The position numbers and the translations under genes were made by a program. Below the pieces are notes generated by a model. It searched no databases. It saw nothing but the letters and a program-made list of their open reading frames with translations, and had not been told where the DNA came from. DNA of 24,941 bases from the NCBI GenBank assembly GCA_037447195.1, contig JBBIHD010000011.1, positions 1 through 24,941 on the forward strand, in the 5' to 3' direction. This DNA is from Nitrospirota bacterium. Lineage in GTDB: Bacteria > Nitrospirota > UBA9217. Shown here in pieces: positions 16,713 to 24,941 of this stretch (position 1 is the first letter of the stretch; each line of letters begins with the position of its first letter).

Positions 16713-16949
16713 GTCGGGCCTGTTCCGGGGCAGGGAAAAATACCGCAAAACAGCTGGAAAAAGAGCAACATTTCTCTTGACTTTAGGCCGTTCACTTGTT
16801 AATTATGTAATTTAGCCGCCTTTGCAGCCATCCCTGCAAAGGCGGCTTTCATTCCTTCCGGCCAGGCATCTATTCTGCCGGGAATATTCTTTCTTTTCAG
16901 CGTCTTATCCAGGAATCAGGTCGCAGCAACGAGAGGGGGTGTATGGCAC

Positions 16950-17147
16950 GTGCCAAGTGTTAGGGTGCGAGATAATGAGTCCTTTGAAGCCGCACTCCGG
17001 AGATTCAAGAAGAGCATCGAGAAAGAAGGGGTGCTCTCGGAGGTCAAAAAGCGTGAGCACTACGATAAGCCGAGCGTAAAGCGGAAGAAAAAGGCCCTGG
17101 CAGCCAGGAAAAAGGCCGCAAAGTCAGCGCGTTCGTTCCGGCACTAA
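16950..17147 (+). CDS. rpsU: 30S ribosomal protein S21
   Basis: GTG start behind GAGGGGG; [35 protein letters not shown]. Confidence 0.97.
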   Translation: MPSVRVRDNESFEAALRRFKKSIEKEGVLSEVKKREHYDKPSVKRKKKALAARKKAAKSARSFRH

Positions 17148-17207
17148 GTGCGGGAAGGGCGGACCGTCCGGTGCTGTTCCCGCCGGTGATCGATGCGAGG
17201 AGAGCGG

Positions 17208-17651
17208 ATGGAACTGAAGCAGAAGATCGAGGCCGACGCCAAGGCGGCGATGAAAGAGCGGGCCGCAGAAAAGGTCTCGACATTGAGGATGCTGATCGCG
17301 GCCCTCAAGAACAAGGAGATCGACAAGCGGCGGCCTCTCACCGGCGACGAGGTGATCGAGACCGTCCGTTCCCTCATCAAACAGCGCAAGGACTCTGTTG
17401 AGCAGTTCGCCAAGGGCGGCAGGCAGGACCTTGTGGACAAGGAGACCGCGGAGATCGCGGTGCTGGAGGCCTACCTGCCGAAGCAGCTTACTCGCGAGGA
17501 GCTCGATGTTCTGGTGCGTGACGCCGTGGCGGAGACCGGGGCCCAGGGCGCCAGGGACATGGGCAAGGTCATGAAGGCTGTTGCCGCGAAGGCGGCAGGC
17601 CGCGCTGACAACAAACTCGTGAGCGAGCTCGTGAAACAGGCGCTGGGTTAG
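17208..17651 (+). CDS. GatB/YqeY domain protein
   Basis: Start re-called to MELKQKI behind AGGAG; AMKER..STLRML.AA, KQRKDSVEQFAKGGRQDL, YLPKQL, DMGKVM; usual position after rpsU. Confidence 0.92.
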   Translation: MELKQKIEADAKAAMKERAAEKVSTLRMLIAALKNKEIDKRRPLTGDEVIETVRSLIKQRKDSVEQFAKGGRQDLVDKETAEIAVLEAYLPKQLTREELDVLVRDAVAETGAQGARDMGKVMKAVAAKAAGRADNKLVSELVKQALG

Positions 17652-17700
17652 GCGCGCACGATCCGGAGCGGGAAGGAAGGGTCATTCTGTACCAGTCTGG

Positions 17701-17735
17701 CAGGGGGCCGTCATGCGACGCCCCCTGATTTTTTT
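17701..17735 (+). terminator. Internal Rho-independent terminator after yqeY
   Basis: caggggg-c-cgtc-atgc-gacg-ccccctg followed by ATTTTTTT, 15 nt before the next start. Confidence 0.7.
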
Positions 17736-17750
17736 CTGGAGTCATGAGCA

Positions 17751-18710
17751 GTGAAACTGCGGCAATTCTTTGATCTTGCAATACAAACGGGCATCGACGC
17801 CGATCCCCGGGGGCGCCAGGCCGTCGAGCGGGAGCTGGATCGGACCCGGAAGGCCTTTGATGAGCTCAAACCGGGCGACCGGGACCTGTTTGACCGCGAG
17901 AGCCTTACCAATCCCTATGCCGACAGCCGGATCCTTCACGGCGATCCCGAGCGCACCGTCCGGAAGGTCCTCGTGGGAGTCGACATTGAGACGGCTGAGC
18001 TCGTACTCGCCGACCGGCTGAACGAAAAGGGTGCGGGCATCGACCTGGTCGTTTCCCATCATCCCGAAGGCCGCGCCTACGCCACGATCTACGACGTGAT
18101 GAAAATGCAGGCGGACATCCTGCACCGCTTCGGCGTGCCGATCAACGTCGCCGAGGGCATCCTGTCCGGAAGAATGAAGGAAGTGGAGCGCAAGCTGATG
18201 CCGATCAATCACAATCGTTCGGTTGACGCGGCCCGGCTGCTGGACATTCCCTTTCTCTGTCTGCACACGCCGGGCGACAATATGGTGGCAGGCCATCTGC
18301 AGCGCCTCCTGGAGCAAGAGGCGCCCCATGCTCTCCGGGACGTCGTCGCCCTGCTCCGGGGCATCCCCGAGTATCAGGCTGCAGCGCGGAACAACGCAGG
18401 CCCCAAGGTGCTGCTCGGGTCCGACGAGCGCCGCGCAGGAAAAATATTCGTGGACATGACCGGAGGGACGTCAGGGCCGAAAGATTCCTTTGAAAGACTT
18501 TCCCGCTCCGGCGTGGGCACGCTGGTCATGATGCACCTTTCCGAAGAGAACCGGAAAGAAGCGGAAAAACATCATGTGAATGTCGTCATCGCCGGCCATA
18601 TTGCGAGCGATACCCTCGGCATGAACCTTCTGCTTGACGCGATTGAAAAGAGCGAAGCCCTCGAAGTGCTGGAATGCTCGGGATTTACGAGGATCCGGCG
18701 GTCCGGTTGA
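17751..18710 (+). CDS. Nif3/NGG1p-interacting-factor family metal-binding protein
   Basis: GTG start; LVGVDI, VVSHHPEG, CLHTPGDN, IAGHIASDTLGMN (His-rich dinuclear metal motifs of Nif3-like proteins). Confidence 0.8.
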   Translation: MKLRQFFDLAIQTGIDADPRGRQAVERELDRTRKAFDELKPGDRDLFDRESLTNPYADSRILHGDPERTVRKVLVGVDIETAELVLADRLNEKGAGIDLVVSHHPEGRAYATIYDVMKMQADILHRFGVPINVAEGILSGRMKEVERKLMPINHNRSVDAARLLDIPFLCLHTPGDNMVAGHLQRLLEQEAPHALRDVVALLRGIPEYQAAARNNAGPKVLLGSDERRAGKIFVDMTGGTSGPKDSFERLSRSGVGTLVMMHLSEENRKEAEKHHVNVVIAGHIASDTLGMNLLLDAIEKSEALEVLECSGFTRIRRSG

Positions 18711-18735
18711 TCCCGGCCGGACAGCCGGCCAGAAT

Positions 18736-21114
18736 ATGAACGAACAGGCCCAGAGGGTTCTGGAGTATGATAAGATAAAGGATATCATTGCCGGTTTCGC
18801 CCTGTCTGCGCCGGGTGCCCAGGCTGCCCGCGCCATGCAGCCTGCTGCCGGCGAGGATGCCGTGCATGCCCTGCTGGAGGAGACTGCGGAGTATCTCGCC
18901 CTGATCGGGCGGGGGGATGTACCGCCTCTGGACGGCATCAAAGACCTCGGCCCCCTGCTTGAGAAGCTTTCCGCAGCAGGCGGCATGCTTGCTCCTGCGG
19001 AACTGCTTGATGTAGCATCGACGCTCGGCACGGGACGGCGGGTCCAGTCCTTTTTCCAGCGGAGCAGCGGCGACCCCGCATCAGGTCGAACAGCGCCGCG
19101 CCTGGGCAGCAGGGCGGCCGCACTGCAGCCCAGAAAGCAGATCGAAGACGCGGTCTTCGCGGCCATTGACGACAGCGGTGAAGTGAAGGACTCGGCAAGT
19201 CCGGCGCTCCGGAAGATCAGGAAGCAGCTTGCCAGGGTCCGGGAAGACATTCTCGCCAGGCTGACGCGCATCCTTCAGAGCAGCGCAACGCAACATGTCG
19301 TCCAGGAGCAGGTCATCACGGTCCGGGACGGACGGTACGTGCTTCCCCTGAAGCAGAACTTTCGCCAGGGCGTGAAGGGCGTGGTGCACGGACAGTCGGG
19401 GTCGCGAGCCACGGTGTTTGTCGAACCCCTCGACGTGCTGGACCAGAACAACAGGCTTACGGAGCTCCGGAGCGAAGAGCAGGAAGAGGTCGAAGCGGTC
19501 CTGCGCGGACTGACGGCCCTCGTCGTTCAGGACGCACCGGCGGTAAGCGCCACGTTCCATATCCTGACGGCGCTCGATGCCATCCAGGCCCGCGCCAGGT
19601 TCGGCGTCGAATACGGCGGCAGCATTCCGTCCCTGTCCGGACCGGGAGGCCCGCTCCGGCTCCGGGCCGCGCGCCACCCACTGCTGATGGGCCGCAGGGG
19701 CCAGACCGGCAAGGCCGCGGCAGTGACGCCGAATGACATCGCACTGGGCGGTCCCGACCGCCTGCTGATCATAAGCGGACCGAACGCAGGCGGCAAGACC
19801 GTGGTCCTGAAGACCCTTGGGCTGTTGAGCCTCATGGCCCAGTCAGGCATACCGGTGACAGCCGCCGAGGGAAGCGACCTTCCCCTGTTCAGCGATGTGT
19901 TCGCCGACATCGGCGATGAGCAGAGCCTGGAGCGGGACCTGAGCACGTTCTCGTCCCACATCGTCCGGGTGGCCGAGATCCTGCGCAGCGCCGGGACCGA
20001 TGCGCTGGTGTTGTTCGACGAGCTCGGCGCCGGCACTGATCCGGCTGAAGGGGCGGCCCTGGGCGCGGCAGTGCTCGACAGCCTTCTGGCCCGCCGATGC
20101 ATGACCGTTGTGACGACCCATCACAGCGCACTGAAGCTATTCGGCGCCCAAACCGGCGGCGCCGTGAACGCGGCCATGGAGTTCGATCCGGCCACGCTGA
20201 AGCCGACGTACCGCATGATCGCCGGAAGGCCGGGCAGGAGCTACGGTCTTGACATGGCGGCCCGGTTCGGCATCCCGGGAGAGGTCGTCGAGGGGGCGCG
20301 CTCCCGCCTGACGAAAGACGCGCTCCGGCTCGAAGACCTGCTCGAAGATCTCGAGCGGGAAGCCCGCGATCTGGCAGACAGCAAAGAAAGCGCGGAGCAG
20401 GCGCGGGAGGCGGCGAAGAGGGACCGGGACGCCGCAGGACAGGAGCGCGCCACTGCACAGAAGGCGTCGGCCGAAATACTGGCCCGGGCGCGCGACGAGG
20501 CAAGGACCATTCTCAGTTCGCTCCGCCAGAAGCTGCGCGATCTTTCCCGCAGCGCCGCCATGGAGCCGGCGAAAATTCAGCAGGTCCGGGGCGACGTGGA
20601 GCATCTTGCCCGGCAGCTGCAGTCCGCAGAACCGGAGCGCAGCGACGCAGCGGGACTGCAGGTGCAGCCGGGAGAACAGGTAGCGATCCCGAAGTTCAAG
20701 GCCTTCGGCACGGTGTTGGCCCGCTTTCGGGGCTCAGTCGAAGTGGACGTGGCAGGAAAGACCTTCAGGCTGTCGGCGCAGGATGTGCTTCCTGCAGCGG
20801 CGCCGAAGGCAGGCGCAGGCTCAGGACGAACGCCGGGCTGGAGCGTGGACCTGCCCGATGATGAGGCAGCCCCTGACCGTGTGAACATCATCGGTTTCCA
20901 CGTTCCTGAGGGACTCGCCGAAGTGGAGCACCTGCTCAACCGGGCCGCGCTGCAGGGCCTCTCATCAGTGGTTGTCATTCACGGCCACGGAAGCGGGGCG
21001 CTCAGGACCGCAGTAAACGATCTCCTGAACGGGCATCCGCTCGTGGCGGCATGCAGGCCCGGAGGCCGGTCCGAAGGCGGCGCAGGCGTGACGGTGGCGG
21101 AGCTGAAGAAGTAA
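18736..21114 (+). CDS. mutS2: MutS2 (endonuclease / collided-ribosome splitting factor)
   Basis: Start re-called to MNEQAQRVLEYDKI; GVVHGQSGSRATVFVEP, Walker A GPNAGGKT, DIGDEQS..LSTFSSH, DELGAGTDP.EG, TTH, C-terminal Smr domain (IHGHGSGALR...GGAGVTV). Confidence 0.95.
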   Translation: MNEQAQRVLEYDKIKDIIAGFALSAPGAQAARAMQPAAGEDAVHALLEETAEYLALIGRGDVPPLDGIKDLGPLLEKLSAAGGMLAPAELLDVASTLGTGRRVQSFFQRSSGDPASGRTAPRLGSRAAALQPRKQIEDAVFAAIDDSGEVKDSASPALRKIRKQLARVREDILARLTRILQSSATQHVVQEQVITVRDGRYVLPLKQNFRQGVKGVVHGQSGSRATVFVEPLDVLDQNNRLTELRSEEQEEVEAVLRGLTALVVQDAPAVSATFHILTALDAIQARARFGVEYGGSIPSLSGPGGPLRLRAARHPLLMGRRGQTGKAAAVTPNDIALGGPDRLLIISGPNAGGKTVVLKTLGLLSLMAQSGIPVTAAEGSDLPLFSDVFADIGDEQSLERDLSTFSSHIVRVAEILRSAGTDALVLFDELGAGTDPAEGAALGAAVLDSLLARRCMTVVTTHHSALKLFGAQTGGAVNAAMEFDPATLKPTYRMIAGRPGRSYGLDMAARFGIPGEVVEGARSRLTKDALRLEDLLEDLEREARDLADSKESAEQAREAAKRDRDAAGQERATAQKASAEILARARDEARTILSSLRQKLRDLSRSAAMEPAKIQQVRGDVEHLARQLQSAEPERSDAAGLQVQPGEQVAIPKFKAFGTVLARFRGSVEVDVAGKTFRLSAQDVLPAAAPKAGAGSGRTPGWSVDLPDDEAAPDRVNIIGFHVPEGLAEVEHLLNRAALQGLSSVVVIHGHGSGALRTAVNDLLNGHPLVAACRPGGRSEGGAGVTVAELKK

Positions 21115-21115
21115 A

Positions 21116-22900
21116 TTGTACTCCGAAGACGTCATACACAGGGTGCGGGACAGCGTTGATATAGTCGACCTGGTGTCGGGCTATGTCTCCCTGAAAAAAA
21201 CGGGCAAGAATTATGTTGGCCTCTGCCCGTTCCATGCGGAAAAAACGCCGTCCTTTACCGTGAACCCGGACAAGCAGATATTTCATTGCTTCGGGTGCGG
21301 CGCCGGCGGTGATGCTTTCAAGTTCATCGGGACCCAGGAAGGGTTGAACTTTCCCGAGGCAATGCGGCGGCTGGCGGAGCGGAGCGGCATTGCCCTTCCC
21401 GAGGACCAGCGCAGCAGGCAGGAGGCTGCCGGCGACCGGGAAGAGCGGGACCTTCTGCGCGCGGCCATAGCCGGGGCAGAGCAGTACTTCCTGGGCGAGC
21501 TTGCCGGTCCGGCCGGTGCGGCTGCCAGAGAATATCTCAAGCGGCGCGGCGTGAGCGAGGCCGCCGCCCGGGATTTTTCGCTGGGCTATGCCCGGCCCGA
21601 GTGGGACGGCCTGCTGAGGCATTTGACGCAGAAGGGCATTGCTCCCGCACTGCTGGAAAAGGCCGGGCTCGTGGTGCAGCGCAGCAGCGGCGACGGATAC
21701 TATGACCGCTTCCGGGGAAGGATCATTTTTCCGATCCGCGACGTTTCGGGAACGGTGATCGCCTTCGGCGGCCGGGTGATGGACGATACGCTGCCCAAGT
21801 ATCTGAACTCGCCCGAGACGCCGCTCTACAGCAAGAGCAACGTGCTCTTCGGTCTGGACCGGGCAAAGGAGCAGGGCCGGAGGCTCGGCTACTTCATCAT
21901 TGTCGAAGGCTATCTCGATGCGCTGGCCTGCCATCAGTTCGGCGTGCAGAATGCCGTGGCAACGCTCGGCACGGCGCTTACCGAGGGCCACCTCAGGCTG
22001 CTGAGGCGGTTTGCAAAGAAGGTGGTGCTGATCTTCGATCCCGACCCTGCGGGAGTAAAGGCCGCACTGCGGGGCCTTGACCTGTTTGCTGCAAGCGGCA
22101 TGAAGGTAAATGTGGTTTCATTGCCTGATGGTGAGGACCCCGACACGTTCCTGCATCAACGGGGCTACGACGCCTTTACCGAACAGCTGCGCAGGTCCGT
22201 AAAGCTCATGGAATTCGTGCTTGGCCAGGTGGCGCGGGACGGCAGGAAGGCGCCGATCGACGAAAAGGTGGAGCGGGCCGGCCAGATGCTCGGCTTCATC
22301 GCCAAGCTTCCGAGCGCCATCGAACGGGACCATTATCTCAAGCGCACGGCCGAGGCCTTTGATCTCGACGAAGGCCTGCTGCGCAGGGAAATGCCCTCTG
22401 GAGCGCCGGTGCGCCACAGGGCCGGCCAGGCCCGCGCAGCAACCCCGTCACAGCAGCGCCCCAGGGCGGAGGAGATGCTGATCCACCTGATGCTTCGCGA
22501 TGACGGCATTGCCCGGGACCTGCAGGGCCAGCTCAGTGCCGATGATTTTACCGATCCGCTGTACCGGAAAGCTGCCGAGCGGATATTCTCGGTCGTGGCC
22601 AGGACGGGCCGGCTCGAGAGCGCCGCCCTGCTGCAGGGCGAAGACGAGGAACTGAACCATCTGATCTCGCATTATTCCGTGCTCGACCTGGAGCACCACG
22701 ATCCCGGCCGGGCGCAGCGCGACTGCGTGGAGCGGATCCGGCAGCAAGGGGTCGCGCGGAAGATGAAGGAGATCGGCGCTGCGATCAAAGAGGCCGAGGC
22801 CCGGGGAGATCAGGACCGTCTGCGCAGCCTGCTGGACGAGCAGCGGCGGCTCGCAGAGCGAAGAACACGAGACGACCGACCAGGCGCCGGGGGAAGCTGA
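21116..22900 (+). CDS. dnaG: DNA primase
   Basis: TTG start; Zn finger [59 protein letters not shown]. Confidence 0.97.
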   Translation: MYSEDVIHRVRDSVDIVDLVSGYVSLKKTGKNYVGLCPFHAEKTPSFTVNPDKQIFHCFGCGAGGDAFKFIGTQEGLNFPEAMRRLAERSGIALPEDQRSRQEAAGDREERDLLRAAIAGAEQYFLGELAGPAGAAAREYLKRRGVSEAAARDFSLGYARPEWDGLLRHLTQKGIAPALLEKAGLVVQRSSGDGYYDRFRGRIIFPIRDVSGTVIAFGGRVMDDTLPKYLNSPETPLYSKSNVLFGLDRAKEQGRRLGYFIIVEGYLDALACHQFGVQNAVATLGTALTEGHLRLLRRFAKKVVLIFDPDPAGVKAALRGLDLFAASGMKVNVVSLPDGEDPDTFLHQRGYDAFTEQLRRSVKLMEFVLGQVARDGRKAPIDEKVERAGQMLGFIAKLPSAIERDHYLKRTAEAFDLDEGLLRREMPSGAPVRHRAGQARAATPSQQRPRAEEMLIHLMLRDDGIARDLQGQLSADDFTDPLYRKAAERIFSVVARTGRLESAALLQGEDEELNHLISHYSVLDLEHHDPGRAQRDCVERIRQQGVARKMKEIGAAIKEAEARGDQDRLRSLLDEQRRLAERRTRDDRPGAGGS

Positions 22901-22983
22901 AGGCGCTCCGGGGAAACCCGGATGCAGAAGCGATACCGACGCTGCGAACGATTACGCCGCATCTCGACAAGGAGCACCAGGGT

Positions 22984-24786
<1,803 letters not shown>

Positions 24787-24844
24787 CCGCCCGTTGGCGC
24801 CGCCGGTCCGCTGGCCGCCTCGTGCACGGAAGGGAACAGCCGGC

Positions 24845-24873
24845 TTGACATTTGTGGGCCGTTGTGAGAATAT
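24845..24873 (+). promoter_or_regulatory. Probable promoter of the tRNA gene
   Basis: TTGACA-17 nt-GAATAT, 31 nt before the tRNA. Confidence 0.5.
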
Positions 24874-24904
24874 GGTCGCCGCAGCGACCTTGCAGCGCAA
24901 TGCA

Positions 24905-24941
24905 GGGCCCATAGCTCAGCTGGTAGAGCTACCGGCTCATA
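24905..24941 (+). tRNA. tRNA with CAU anticodon (probably tRNA-Ile2, otherwise elongator Met), truncated by the window end
   Basis: Acceptor 5' strand GGGCCCA, TA, D-arm GCTC-AGCTGGTA-GAGC, anticodon stem ACCGG, loop CT-CAT-A (anticodon 24938-24940). Confidence 0.9.

Noticed and set aside
15449-16780. 443-aa alternative-frame ORF over argJ
   Set aside because: Off-frame, Arg/Gly/His-rich, no domain signature.
19081-21991. Several 100-330 aa antisense ORFs over mutS2 and dnaG
   Set aside because: Shadow ORFs expected from GC3 bias; none shows a start context or motif.

Overview
GC-rich bacterial chromosomal window, mostly core housekeeping genes. Gene order and protein style suggest a Nitrospirota or deltaproteobacteria-like organism (inference only). 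Minus strand, left to right: a DUF1848 gene cut by the window edge, gltX, an orphan atpB-atpE pair, a YeiH-family transporter with a 68-aa upstream partner, an exported rhodanese, a four-gene envelope cassette (TPR lipoprotein, stand-alone C39-like cysteine peptidase lipoprotein, two PA2779-like paralogs), and rpsB-tsf-pyrH-frr. Plus strand: two paralogous Gly-rich membrane proteins behind a sigma54/IHF promoter, rplM-rpsI-argC-argJ, rpsU-yqeY-nif3-mutS2-dnaG-rpoD, and a truncated tRNA(CAU). The best candidate for an uncharacterised system is the cassette attached to the end of the frr operon. Both PA2779-like paralogs carry a conserved LSD(E/Q)Q...SLQAGG double-glycine motif right before a C-terminal membrane helix, next to an exported C39 peptidase, which suggests extracytoplasmic Gly-Gly processing. 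Also notable are the sigma54-driven membrane protein pair and nested short inverted-repeat elements on both sides of gltX. No CRISPR array, rRNA or transposase was seen.
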